A model generated the notes under the pieces. That model ran no database searches. It worked only from the letters and a program-made list of their open reading frames with translations, and was not told the DNA's origin. A stretch of DNA of 49,131 nt, filler included, from Sphacelaria rigidula (Eukaryota): NCBI GenBank assembly GCA_964200075.2. It is 2 parts of 2 records of this genome, joined end to end, with 100 filler letters (N's around TTAATTAATTAA, not from the genome) between each part and the next. Parts side by side here need not be neighbours in the genome. Positions count along the whole stretch, not along the records: positions 24,628 to 49,131 come from CAXNAA020000202.1; 1 more part is not named here. The stretch is one strand, 5' to 3'. How positions within the stretch are numbered: the first letter of the stretch is position 1; every line of letters starts with the position of its first letter. The translations under genes were made by a program, and so were the position numbers. Positions 24,892 to 39,218 of this stretch are shown one piece after another.

Positions 24892-25131
24892 CTTGCCCTG
24901 CCAACTCCGACCACGCGTAGAAACGATGTCCATGGTTTCGTTGGAATCTTGAAACGCATATTCTCCCTTCATCTCTCCTTCTTTGTATACGCCGTCTTTC
25001 TCAACGATCTCCAACCCCTTGAGCACAACATCCGAATCTTCAACTGCTTTCACGAGGCCTCCGGCAGGCACGTACACAAGTGGTCCATCGGGCTCCGGCA
25101 GGATCGTGATAGGAACGATGAGTGTATCGCG
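24892..25131 (-). CDS. Giant repeat protein exon O (last visible before the gap)
   Basis: AAG|CGC acceptor; AAG|GTGCAG donor; ITILPEPDGP...EDSD begins another repeat. Confidence 0.7.
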
Positions 25132-28100
25132 CTTGTGGTTCACGTTAGGGAAACAATCGGGTTTCGAACGGGCCGAAGACAGAAGTTGTTGAAGGCCAAA
25201 CGTAACGCACACAAACGCCAAAGCAGGTAACGTACACAAACGCCAGAGCAGGTGCACGGCTTACCCGGGTAAAGCAGATAGAAACAAGTGCGATAAAGAA
25301 ATACGCGCCACTCTTTTATATCCCGTGTATCTCTCTGGTGTCCCCCAATATGTGAGAATCACACCTACAATGAAAGAGGCAGTCACACAATTCCACCGAT
25401 CCATCACCTGATGACACAAAGAGGTGTCGCTGTAGCGCCGCCAGCCGTCAACTTCGCTATCAGAGCACAAAGATCCCCGCCCATAGTTTCCGAGGTCGTC
25501 TACTGTAACGACCAAATCATCTGTACCATAAAAGTCGTTCAAGCCGGTATACATTAGTCCCGCTAAAGCTTGATTTGCTCCGGCCAGTGTCGTCCGAAAC
25601 GCTATCATTCTGTCCTCAATGCCGTCGCCAACAAGGAACAGATATCCCGCGGACCCGGTGCCCACAGAAATCGTCCCATTGCTGGCGTAGACTGTGACTT
25701 CGATGATACCTCCGTCCATAGCTTCCGGACCACCGCCAAAAGTAGGTGCTTTGCCGAGGGTAAGGTCAACGTCGCGTACAGAGAGGCCGGGTACAGAACT
25801 GCCCTGATCCTCTCGTGTGGTTAATACATCCACAGCGAGGACGATGTCCGATAGGCCGTCGTGCGTAAGCATGGATGAGTCGTATGTTGATGCGGAAGAT
25901 CCAAGCACCGGTGGGTCGTTTTCTGGTAGCACTACAAATGCAAGGATGGCGGTTGAAGTATCCCCATCCGAGTCAATCACATGCAGAGTGATTTCCTTGA
26001 TCCAGAAAGACACATGTTGGGCAACGGGTGGTGGGAAGTAGGTCAGATATCGAGTCCAGAAGGTTGGATGCGGAAAATCATGTCAACGCGCGAGTTTCCC
26101 CATGGAAAAGGCTGGAATCGTGCTGCTACCCTAATCCCGAGGAAACCACAACACAAGACACAGGAACATCTGGGTGCGTAAGATTGTTCATGGTGAATTC
26201 GTGCACTCGCAACAAAGAGCCAGCTCACCTCAAGGGTAACATGGTCCAGCTCAGATATGCCCAGTCCCGCCCAGCTGTTCCAGTTTAGGGACGATTGATA
26301 ATGCATTCCTTTCAGTGATTCTGCGACTGCCCACAATGGCCCAATGGCGGTCATTGATGAATAGAAATCTAATGGGATAAACTTGCCCTCAGCAGTTTCG
26401 TCCTCTCCTGAGACACCGGTGATGGATACCTCAGACCGCACGTTGCTTAGGAGCACCCCCCCCCATGCGACTGAAATGGTCAAGGTAACGGTATCATCGA
26501 TGGTTGATACTGGATTCTCGCCGATTGGGTCTTGAGCAAGTATCCATCGACTGTAGCTCTGTCGTGGGGTAGTACCACCGTCTGCAAGATTGTACGAAAT
26601 GTCTGCATCCAACAGGACGATGCTGGAGTTAGAGATCATGGTTGGTCGGGGGGTAATTTTGTCCGACCACCCGCAGCAATCTGCTCCAACGGTCCCAACG
26701 CGATCCTCTTCGGTGAAAAGAGGTATTTCGCTCGAGAGTGACGTCGGTATGACGAAGGTTGGAGGGTCGTTGACGGACGACACATCAAATGCCAAAAAAA
26801 TGCCGGAAGATAGCGAGCCGTTGACGCCCTCCAGCGATTTTCCAGAGTTCCCGCGGTCGTCCACTACCACCTGTAGCCAACGTATACACACCATTGAATG
26901 TTGCACCGTGACCAGTATGTAAAACATCCAACAAAATTTACGTCTCAATAAGACATCGGGGGTTCATGGGATCCACATTTTTTGCCTGCAGAACACCCTA
27001 CAAGTAGGCAGCACATTGACAAGAACGCTGCCACCAAGCGACTGTATTGCCTAGGAGATTCAAGCGGAGGTGTTACCACCGAAAAGTTTGATAAGTCTCA
27101 CCTCCACCACGTCGAGCCCACTCCAATCCTGCTTGGGTTCGTAGATAATCCCTTCAGACAAGGCTTCGTTGATATGATGAAGAGCACCCACAACTATCAA
27201 GAGTTGTTCGCTGGTGTCTAAATTTCCCATCTCCGCCACCAATCCTGCATGTCCACCCCCCAGCGAGATCTGGCCATATGTGGAGGAAATCGATAGCCTG
27301 ATCCTCGGGTTCAACGCTAGCAACTCCACACCGTTTCCTGCACCGTTGTTGTCAGCCACAATGAAAAAACCATCTGGACGACTCAGGATTCCTCCTTCGC
27401 TCGTAATATCCACGTCCGAAACCCTTACACCCGTTACAACGGCAACGATATCTTCTTTGGTCGGCACCAAAAACGCTGAGGTTGTGGAATCGGTGGCGCC
27501 TGATTCTGTGTCCAACACCAACGTCAAGTCGAAATCGCTGATTTCGAGTACGGGGGGATCGTTGATAGCGGCCACAGACAGCGCAATATCGTAACTCCGT
27601 GCGTCGCTTGTGGTATCGAGGCTATTGTGCCCCAGATCGGTGACGGCCACGTAGATTTTGTCCCAACCGTACCAGTCTCGGGGAGCGATGTATTCCATAG
27701 ACAGCAGGACTGCGTTGACTTGCCAGGATGTGCCTGATACCCGTACAGAGGGTTGCAAAGTACTGTTGGAGGAACGCTCACGGCCTTCCTCTGTCACTGA
27801 AATCCGACCGTGTTTTGCGGAAAGGTCCACCTGGCCAACAGGGGTCGCACAACAAAAATGTAAGTTGTTATCACAAAAGAGACTCGCCCATGACAACACG
27901 GGGTATCTAGGTATCGTTGCTTGCCAGGTAGGAAGCTTGACAACAAAAAACTATTGAGGTGGGTCTATATCAAACTGCGGCGCAGCATACAACCCCACTC
28001 CGAAAGTTTCACTTCAATTTTCCGGAATGGGTCGTTCCCGGTTCTCACCTGCACTATTGTCGCCCCGTGGTCGGGATCGTGGACACGTAGACCGCGGCCG

Positions 28101-31100
28101 GGTCCGCGGAGATCAATATGGCCGAACTGCGCCGGTGTCTCTCGAATACCTCCATCGTGGCAATCGTAGTCCGCCAGTCGGAACGGCGCATCTTCGTCCA
28201 CTCCTCGAATGATTTCCCCCGTGGATGAAAGGATTCCGCCGCACCACAACAGGTACGGCGGGTCGTTCACTGACTCCACGGCAGCAGACAGCACGGTCCA
28301 TCCTGTTTTCACTCCCCCGGCGCCCGTGAACCCACCGTCCGTAACCCGGAAGATAATATCGGCGTCACCACTCCAACCCGGTATCGAAGAATATGACAAA
28401 CTCGCTAGTGCGTTTGTTACCTTGTCTGGCGAACCATGTATGGTGAGGGTTTCGCCGATGGTGTAACCGGGGATACCGAAAGCTGCCCCTCCAAGATCGA
28501 CAAGCCGAAGCACTGCCCCACGCCCCCCTGGCCTGATTAATCGCGCAGACGCTCTCGCGCTTGCTCCCATGAGTCCTTTTGCGAAACTACCGGTTGCGGT
28601 CAAGTTTGCTGAAGTCTCCGAATCGCGCAGAAGAGCAATGGTCCACCTTCGCCCCCCTTCTGAACTGATTTTCTGTGCTCTAGTAGCAACTGCCACCCCA
28701 GTTCCAACATCAGGGGGAGAAAAGGTTTCAAGAGCATTGAGAGCAGTTGCAACTTCGGCGCCTGTGCTGTCGTGTGCCAGAGCAGTCGTGGAGAGACCAC
28801 CATACTGTAGGGAAAAAAAGCCCTCGACCGCGTTGTGGGCGGTAGCAACCGTGGCCGAGATCGCAGCACCACCGGACAGATGTGCACCGTGAACAGATAG
28901 CACTGGGAGGTCTTTGGGAGCGCCAGTAAATGTTATGTACCATTCCACAGTGTCTTCGTCACTGGATTCTACTCTCTTCACAAGCACGTCGGTATCCGAT
29001 CCTAACTTGGTCCAATTGTCGAGAAGCTTGAGACGGGCCTCGAGCGATTCACCTCGCTTTCCCCCGGAAACTCCTCCGAAGGACCACCAGGATCCGCCTT
29101 CGTCACTAATGGGGCCAACAGCTCGCGGGTAGATTGGTCTCGTCCAATCGTTGGTTCCACCGTAGTCAAGCCCCAGCTGGAAGTAGCCTTTTGCGCGGCT
29201 GGCGCCGGTCATGGTAACGACAATGACCATGTTTTCATGTGCTGCTGATGTGCTTACCTCCCACAGCTCTGGGATGCCACGTCCTGGAACAGTCTCAACT
29301 ACGCTCACTCCAGCTCCTCTACCGCCGAGTGTTGCTCCATCTGCTTCTATCAGAGGCATATCCCCGCCCGAGCCAAGCACGTCGAAAAGGGTTATAACCC
29401 ATTGTCGTCCACCCTGAGGGTCTGGCGAAGAGGGAATTGCGACGTCCACAGCATTTATCGAAGGCAGACTTTCCAGCGCCGCAGCCAAGTCGCGGGAGTC
29501 TGCGTTGTGAGGGATACGCTGGGTCGTATAACCGCCGACAGAAAGGGTAAAGCTACCAGAGAGAGAATTTCCAGCCACGACGGATGCTGTCTCGATTCCC
29601 ACACCATCACCGGTTAGCGATTCGCCAGAGGCCTGCATCACGGGTAGGGTGGTTGGCGCACCGAGGAACGTCACAAGCCACTTGCGACCGCCAGTGGAGG
29701 TCAGACCGCCATCCACTCGGCAAAATACGGTGATCCCCAGGACATTCAACGACGGAAGGTTCTCGAGGTTTGCTTGAATAGATTCACCGGCTTGATCACC
29801 AGTGTCGACCCCAAGATATCTATCGCCTTCGTTGGCAATCGCGTCGTGCGAGATGGGCCCAGTGCTTTCCACTTTGCACTCGTCGCACAGCTCCGAAAAA
29901 TCTAGGGTAAGGTTGAAGTTCCCCCCAACCGTCGCGTTACCATCCGCCGCGGCAAAGGTAGTGATGCTCTGCACTGGGTCAATCCTTGTCGCCGAAGTTG
30001 TCACTCGTTGCACCTCAAGCACAGAACGGTGGCTGACGCCCACAGTCATAGTTAAATATCCGTTCGTCGAATCCTCCACGTCTGCATCCGCTACGTTTAG
30101 CCCAGCTAGTTCACCAATCCTTTCTAGCACCCCTCCTTCCTTCAAGGTCATATTTACATCGTTCGTCAACGTGACTTCGGGGGGAAAGTTAACATGAGTT
30201 CCATATATCTCCACCTCTATCGAAGTCTTGCCGCCGTCGTCATCTTCGACTTGCACTCGCAGTGTGCCAACTGAAGCCGGAGCAGCGAGGAAGCCAGCTG
30301 AAGACGAAAACAGCGTGTTAATGCTGGAGATATTTCCACGGAAGGCCACCGCAGAGCTCGGTTCACCACGAGCAGATCCTATGGAAAATTCCACTGTATC
30401 TGCTACAGACCGAACAACGACGGTGTCATCCTCATTGAGCATTTCCATCCGCACGCTGAGCATCTCGCCTTCAGGAAGATCGGTATCCTCCACGCGCAGT
30501 CCGGCCAGGGGGATTCCTTCCAGATTAAGCAGTTCAACGGGTGGGGTGGTGACGGCCCAGCTGACAAGCGGGGCTTGGTTGACTGGCCTGACATTGACTA
30601 CGAACTCCCGGAGAATGGAGTAATTCTGAGTTTTGCCGCGCCTGGTCGTATTGACGACCACCGAGTGATTTCCTAGACCGGTGCTACCATTTGCGCTCAA
30701 GTAAGTCAAGGCGTCGAATGCCTCGTTGATTTCTCCCAGTGTTCCTCGGAAGGAGAGACTGGGTCTAGGGGTGCCGAACATCCCTTCAAGACCTGTGCCA
30801 GCAGAAATCGCGGCCATGGCTACAACTGCCGTGTCCGTTTCAGCGATAGGAGATAGCCCTAACGGAACGGGTGTGAGCCCAATACCCCCGGCGGTGACCA
30901 CAATGTGTACATGGAACGTAGGTGGTGTCGTACCAGCGAAAACGGCCGCATCGAAAACTGCATCTTCAAGTTGGGCCCCGCGCAGAGAAGCGGCTATGCC
31001 TTGGTCAGCGATGAACGAAGCGTTGGTAACGGTGAGATTGGGCTCAACATGAGGATCGGACACAACTACCACGCACTCCACCTCTCCAACAGCGCCTAGT

Positions 31101-34100
31101 TCATCCGATGCAGATATCCGCACCACTCCTCCTCCTTCCCACCCGTCACTGGGCGGCACAAACCAGACCTTCGGAAGTGCTTGTCTGATATCATCCAGGA
31201 AGCCCGATATGCTGAACCCCCGTGGTGTGCCTGGGGCGTCTCGGTGAAGAACGACGGTAGACACAGTTGGCGACTGTTCCATGACGAGCGACCCCGTATC
31301 AACAGAGGCATTTACGATAATGATCTCTCCATCAGTGGCATCAACATCGTCAACTATGATGCCTTCAATAGGCATCGGACCTAGGCCACCCGAACGGCGG
31401 TGTACTCTAGGTGCCACCACCTGCGGAGGGTCATTCACGGGGACCACAACGAGACTTATCGTGGAATTGGTTGTGAAAGATCCCTCGTTTTCTACCGCAC
31501 CGTTGTCACTAGCTGTGACGAAAATTTCAGCAGGTCCGAAGAAATCTCCAGCAGGTGAAAAGCAGAGACCTTCCAGGGCTCCGTTGGCCGTGTTGAGATC
31601 GGTGTCAAGGTTAACGGTGGGTGGACTCTGGGAGCGGACTCCACGGGGCATCATAGGATTGTCGCGAGGACGTAAAAACGACAATTCTCCAGCCTCGGGG
31701 GGGTCGATCCGAAGCGCAACCTGCGCGGTCAATTCCCAAAGTAATTGGGACGAGCTTCATGATGTCAAGTTTCATAGGGCAGCGGTTGCGAGCGATGTAA
31801 TGAATCGGTTCGAATAATGTGGACTGGCAATCAACTGTCGCTCTTGTTTTTCTATCGCTACCTAAAACTCCACGCGCTTCGCGATGATCAGAAAAAGGTA
31901 TACCTCGTCGTTGTGCGTCACTTGAGGCTACAGTAGCTGAGGGAGTTTCACACGTGAAAATAAAGACAAAACATACCCGTTTTTGTTCACAAGTCGAAGT
32001 ATATTTATCTTTGTTCACATTAGGGTGTACACGCGGCCAAAAACAGGCAGATACATGACTGGAATAGCCAAATTGCGACCAGAAAGGGTGACGCCCGAGA
32101 AAGGTAGAAACGAACGAGTATACCTCGCCGTTGTGGTCCAGCCTAGGGCAGGGGAAAACTCTGATGGATAACCCGCAGCTTCGCAGCTAGACACTTCCGT
32201 TTGTTTTCTCTTCCTTTTGTTTGCCGTATATGCGGATAAGTACAACTACGTGTTATCGGTAAAAAAGATTGAAATGGAGTCGAGTCCACGATGGTTTTAC
32301 ACCGCGAGAAATCTCTCTGATCGTTTTGCCTTAAAGTGATCAAAACTAAGAAGGCGAATACTCCGAGCCACTCCCCTTACACCCTCATGGATTACCAGCT
32401 GTTAATGTGCTATCCAAGGAATGGACGTGTCCCCTCACTACTAGTGTGAGGCCCTCGTTTTTGCCTTTCTGGCTACAAGAAGTCAAGTGATGTGCCACCA
32501 CGAAAATAATCTTGTTTCCACCACATTCAGCAAGCTGAGACAAATCGCATTGGTGGTAGGAGCTACAACAGAGTTGTTCATTAACTCTCGTACCTAAATG
32601 GTTGAACAAATACAAGTGTTGGGAAGAGGCACATACTTTAATTTTGTTGTCCGGTTTCTCGTGGGCGTCTGGGTCCGTCACGTACACTCCAGGTATAACT
32701 GTCCGATCTGAGTCCTCGTGTATCTCAATCGTGAAAGACGGAGACACAATGGACGGTGGATCGTTAACAGGGGCCACGATGATGTACAATGATGCCTCCG
32801 CGAGCTGCAATGCTTCGGTCGAGTACAGGTTCACCTGATCACCAACGGTGACAGTATCGGTTAGCAGCCGGTGCAAGACGTGGGTATAGAGGTAAAAACG
32901 GGTTTTGCAAGGGTGTTCACGGGATCATCTTGGGTTCGCAGCCACAGGACGTTCTCAAGTTATATGACGGTCTTAAAACGACAACGAACGTGCTTAGTTC
33001 TCGAAGTTGACAGTGAAACAGGACTAGCGCGAACTCTGCCTATACACCGATAGGCCTCTTGTCACAGTGGTTAACAGCCTGCTACAACTAGGTCCGTGTA
33101 GAACCCAGTGATTGCAGCACAACGAAACTTTTTTTTTTATCATTCTCAGGCTGGGTTCTCGTATCACCTCCAATGAACGCCCAACCTTCGCTCAGTCAGA
33201 TTTTGAACTTTCGTTTTTTGGTAGTATGGCAACCGAACCGTCATACGTTCTCGTGATGTTGGTTTCTCTTTCCTCAAGGCCTAGCGTCCAAACTCAGTCT
33301 ACGTACCTTCACAGCAGCGACTCCATTGTAGAAAGTTGCTCCTTTGAACACCGCTCCAGACAAAGCCATATTGACTTCGCGCTCTGTCCCAGTGATGGAC
33401 AACACCGATTGTCCTTGTCCGTCGGCACTGACCTGTCTGCTGTGTGCTGCAGGCAGAATCACACCGCCACCATCTGCTTCGAACGTAACGGTCACCACTT
33501 GCTCGGACGTATTCCGCCGACCAGGAGCCTGAGCTCGGATTCCTGTTAGTTCAACACTTCTACCCTCATCCACCCTGAACAAGGCCTCATCCTCGAAAAC
33601 TATCGCAGACGGAATCATTAATGGGATAACTGTGACATCAAAGGCAGCCTTTACATTCTGGGAGTAGAGTAAGTCCTGTGCGCTGCTAGTGTTGTCGTCA
33701 TCGAAAGGGTTATAAATTGCATCCACGGATACGCTAATGACGACGGTATCAACCCCATCATAGCCCCCAAGAGGCCAGTACTCCAGTGCGCCGGAGTCTA
33801 GTGCAAATTGTAGATTTTTGAGAGCACCCCTGGCAACAAGAGCACCCGCTCTGCTCTCCTCAGTGTATATCCACAATCCTGGCTGCGTATCCATGATCAG
33901 AGTACCGTTGCCAGCTGAAGAATGAGCGGTTATTGTCAGCGTTTGTTCTGAATGAACACTTAGTGCGTCTACATGCTGGATTACTATGCCGTGCAGCTTG
34001 AGTCGTGAGCCGACCTCCACAACACGAGCGTCGTGCATACTTGACGAGGATGGATTCGTAATGGTAATAGAAGGAAGATCAGGAGTCGAGCGTACGAGAA

Positions 34101-37100
34101 TGGAGACCGACGCGTTTTCCACCCAGTCGTATGCGCGTCCGTGAACCGATAGTTCGAGCACTTCCATGCCGCAGTAGTCTGCTTCTGGTAGATAAGCCCA
34201 GCTTGTCATGGCAGAGGATACATCACTCAATGTCCCGCTGAGACTCATTGATCCGAGACCATGGTGAACGATGTCCATATCGCCTATATTCGAAGCTACC
34301 TTCATCACGCCATGGTCCGCCGTGACGGTGGCTTCTACCCACGTCGTATTAAAAGTACTACCGCCGTCGGGTATCAGCGCGACGCCTAGGCTATCTAGGC
34401 GTCCGTCTTCCTCCATGGCCAACGTATCGAGTGGAACATCCCATCCTATGGGCCCCTTAGCGACGGCGAATGGATCTTGACGATGTTGGACGACGACTGT
34501 AACGATGGATGAAACTACCTCCTCATCGCCGGATCCCCAGTTTCCCAGGTCAGAAACGGTAAAGTTTACGTCGTTGCGCCCACTCTGTTGTCCGAATGGT
34601 GCAAAAAACTGGAGGAGACCCAGGACAGCATTTGCGATGTCGATGGGGGCGCTGAACGCTAGACGCGGGTAACTTCCCTCCGCCGAGCCTTCATCAAAAC
34701 GCACGCCTGGGATCCTTCCGTGCACAGTTGCCGTGCTTAAAGCGAGAGAAAGAAGGTTTCCGGCATCACCAGCTCTGATATCAACAGAAACTAGTTCACT
34801 TCCGGCAGGTTCCCTAGCATCTGGGTCGTGTACGGTGATACCAGCCAAAGGCAACAAATCGCCAGCAGACGCCACAGGCAACACGTCACCTGTCAGATCA
34901 TTAGGAACATCAATCCTCGGTGGGTCATTGATGGGACCAATCACCACGATGACCGTCTCGATGGCTGTAACGGCATGCCACCCGCCCCCTTCACCACTTC
35001 TACCCTGTCTCGCCGCAATGGAGAGCTCATCTGCACCCCAAAAGTCGGCCTTCGGGATATATCGGAGCGAGCGCAACGCGCGGTTCACGTGATCGACTTC
35101 GCCAGTCACGACCACACCCGCCCCGGTATCCTTGTTTATCGACAGCTCATCTGAGTTACTAGATAATTTCATGTCGACAACGCCGTCGGAAGCATAGATC
35201 TCTACTTGAACGGTCGGGTTCGGTGAAAAGCCTGGAACCGAAATCTCGATAGAGTCCAACAGTAGGTCCGTGTCTTCATCCATGTGCGGATTGGGGGGCA
35301 ACACGGCCAACTGGTTCACGCGGGTGATCGTAGGCGGGCTGTTGGCTTCGATCTCCACCTTTACGACTCGTGAAACTGACAGCCCGCCTGCATCCACGAG
35401 GGATATAAGAATCTTGTCTACACCCGAGAAGTCGTTAGCTGTACCGCGGTACGTAAGATCCTCCAAAGCAGATGCTATGTCTTCGAGTCGGCCGTATGCG
35501 GCTATGCTGCTGTGACCTTCTCCCTTGCCCTGCATGGATTACGGATGATATTACAGCGATTCGAGTTATTCAAGTCGAGAATAAGGGCGCTCATTCGCTC
35601 ATTAGCGCGTAGTATGTTATCTATACATACTCAATCAGCGCATATCGCCCGTTCTCGGCGAAGGTCAGTCAAATAGCGCGCTACGTGCTCGGAATGTGGA
35701 CAGTTGGTGTCACCGTGCTGTTAGGGGATCACTCGCGCCTTTTACACCGGATATTGCTTGAACACTCCATATGATGTTCGACACCGAGCACTCCTTCTTG
35801 GATACCATCGACACAAGCCTATGCTTCAAGAAAGAGCACATTTTTCTGGTGTTTAAATGTAACGACGAACTTGTCTTGAGCATACCAATAATCCGTACCT
35901 TAGTAACGTCCACGAGGCGATGCAGCTGTTGATCTGGAATCGATACCACTCCACGAACCGCCTCCACGTTGAGGGCCATAATGCCTCCTACGTCGTCGTC
36001 CGACACGCGGATACCCTCCACGGCCATCGGTGACATGCCTACTGTCCGCATGGAGCGGGGCGCGGCAAGCTCCGGAGCCCTGTTGCTGCCATCAACTAAA
36101 ATGTACAGCGTGGAAGAGCCAGAACCGCCGCCGATCCCTGCTCCTGCCATTCTCACCTCTACGGTAACGCTATCAGCCCCACGATACCGCGTGGGCACGG
36201 AGTAAATGACTTGGGCCAAAGCATGATTGAGGTCCGACAACGTTCCGATCAGTTCGGTCACCGTTGGAGACAGGATATCGATATTTACATGTCGTCTGAT
36301 CCTCGACGATGCAGGCTTCACCATGCCTCTGGAGCAACTCAACCGAGCTACGTATTGCACTTCGTGATGGCCATCTTTCATCGATGCTGTCCATGCGACC
36401 GCATGATGGATCTCAATGGCTGGAAGGTACACCACGCCACCTTCAAATCCTCTCAGAAACTCACTCTCACCGTCTTTACGATATATACGAACCGTTGGTG
36501 GTGACTCCTGGGGCACGATAGTGACGCTCCACGAAGCGGCGACGTCAAGCGACTCTCCGGAGCCGACGTTTCCCAAGTCATCAACAACTATGCTGACCGT
36601 ATCCATCGGAGCCCGCCCCTTTGTCACCTCGGACACCCGAAGCACTCCACCGCTATTCCGAAGACCCGCGTCATCGGCAATCAAGACCGGGAGATCACCA
36701 GCGTGCGGGGGTGAGCCAGATGACAGAAACGTCACTTGCCAATATCGCCCGAGACTTGGCACACCTGGCGATTTGACTAGAAGCGATCCCGTGGACACCT
36801 GGACCGCCCCTACATCTGCTAGTGCACTGAGCGCTAGGGCTAGTTCCTCCCCAGATGCAGAGGCAGGTACGGCTTGGGTTGCCTCACCGCCGGGGATCAG
36901 GGCCAAAGTGAAGGTCCCGGTGAGACTAGATGACGACGAGCCTACCTCAATGATGACCACTGACATCGATGGCTCCAAAGACGAGCTAGAAACACCATAC
37001 ACATAGGGTGTCTCGCTGGCTCCAGTGCCACCCACAGTGAGATTTTGGGAGACTACGTCGAAAGCCGGCAGAGATTCAGGTACATCAATGAGAGTTACCG

Positions 37101-39183
37101 CCCAGGAAATGCACCCGTGCAGATCAGGATCACCTCTGGCAACCACGGCGGTCGCTGCACTGTGAGGCAATATTTCCGACGAAAATACGTCTGTGGACGA
37201 TGAGTTGCCTGGCGACGTAGCGTTGAACTCCTCCGCTAGAATTATGGACTGATTCCACGCCTGGTTGTAACAGTCCGTCAACATAGCGCGAATCCCGACT
37301 TCAACGGAGGCATTTCCGGAAGCGGGGGCATCTGCTGCCAGGGGCGGAGATTGCGCAACGCGTGAATATGAATCTGTGACGGTGTCGTTGAAGAGATCTG
37401 CATCTGGGAAAATCTCTTTGAGTGGCTCGAAAAATGCGTCACATTTCAGAGCCAAAGTAAAATTCCCTTCAATGTATCCCTCGACCGCAGATGTCGTGAT
37501 CGACTGGACCATTGGAGCTGTCGGTTGCGCCAGCTCTATCCTTTGAATCTCGGGCGCTGCACGCGACGATGCAGCACCGGCGGCAAAATCTCCGGGTGGG
37601 CGGTAGTACAGCTGTTTTACAGCTGATTGGATATTCGAAAGTTTCCCTTTGATGACCAACTGCCCGGAGGAGTGTGGTTCCGGTGTTCCAGAAAAGAACA
37701 TGAGGTCGTCAGGATCGCCTAGCGCCAAGGTTCCAAGCTGCGCCTCCACGCTCACCTGTATGACGATCTCCGGCCTTTCTATTAAATCCGGGTCTCCGAT
37801 GTCCGCACCCTCCAACAAAACCTCCTGCCCCTCGTAGACCAGAACATGCTGCTGAGGTATATTCAGTGTGGGGGGGTCGTTGATGGGTGCAACAAACACC
37901 TGCGACTTCGTCCTTGCCTTTGCACCCGACACCGTCTCGTCGATGCCAGGACTATTCTCGTCATGCCAGTACGCGTATACCTCATCCAGCCCGCCCAACC
38001 ACGCGTTCCAGTACGGGCGAGGATGATATGAAACCTCGGAAAGGGCACGGGAAACGTCCGCGCTTGAACCAATCAGGTGGAATCTACGTCGGCGGGAGGC
38101 CACATGAAGGTTCGGCGGCGCTAGCGCACCCGCGGAACATCTTGCGCATCCTCCCCAGTTTTGGCTGTCCTGGAAGACGGGCGAAGTTGAGCACCAGCCC
38201 ATGCTCGAACCTCCCACACCTGCACATTCAAAGTGCGTCGTACCCCCGTCTTGATCGACAGTGAAGGGAAACTCGCACGACGTTTCTGTGACAGCCGGTC
38301 CGGTGCTCCCGTCCGCACACCACGGAGCTGGACCGCGGACATGCACATCTACCAGTTTCACGGAGTGAACTCCGTTGTCGTTAAGCGCCACCGCCCATTC
38401 TCGCCCGTAGCCTACCCTTAAGTTTGGAGCGACTGACACAGAAGCTTCCGCTCCGCCGCGTAAAGCCACTAATGCATTCTGTACCTCCTCGGCTGAAGAA
38501 TCGACTCGAAGAGGAACGGTGGTGCGAATGACATCTGCCCCCTCATTTTTGGTCACACCGTCTGCTCTCACGAGTTGCAGGCGAAACGTTCCGCTAGCCG
38601 GCGACGACCCTCGCACTAAGCGTCGAATTTCCACTGTGGAGTGCTCAAGCAAGCAGTCTAACGACAACGAAACGTTGGTTGCGCTGGTTGTTTCGCAGGA
38701 ACTTGTCATCATTTCCTGGGGACCGGCTGAGGCGAAAGTGATTCGCCAACTCTTCTCTGCATCGTCGGCATTGCTTACTGTAACACCATCGCGAATGCTG
38801 GGTAGTTGAGCTAGAGCAGCGACCAAGTCTGTGGAACTGGCGTTGAAGGATAAAGGGAGGCTCCTGTCGCCGCCGAAGCTGACATCAAACATGCCGGCCG
38901 TCATGCCATTGCCTGACCCAGATACAGTCAGCTGTTGCACTTCGTGCACGAACGGCGCCGATCCCTTAATTGCTTCGACGACCTCCACGTGCATCAACGT
39001 GGTATTCGAATTGCTAACTTCCAGAAGAGGCATGTCTCCTGCGTTAACCACAGCGTCGTCGAACGCCACCGTAATCTGCGACCACCAATACGGCGGGGTT
39101 CCGAAATGAACGCGATCAGTTTAACTTGGCTGGGATGAACGGGGACAGTGTTTGAGCGAGGGCGAAGCCCAATGGGAACATGG

Positions 39184-39218
<35 letters not shown>

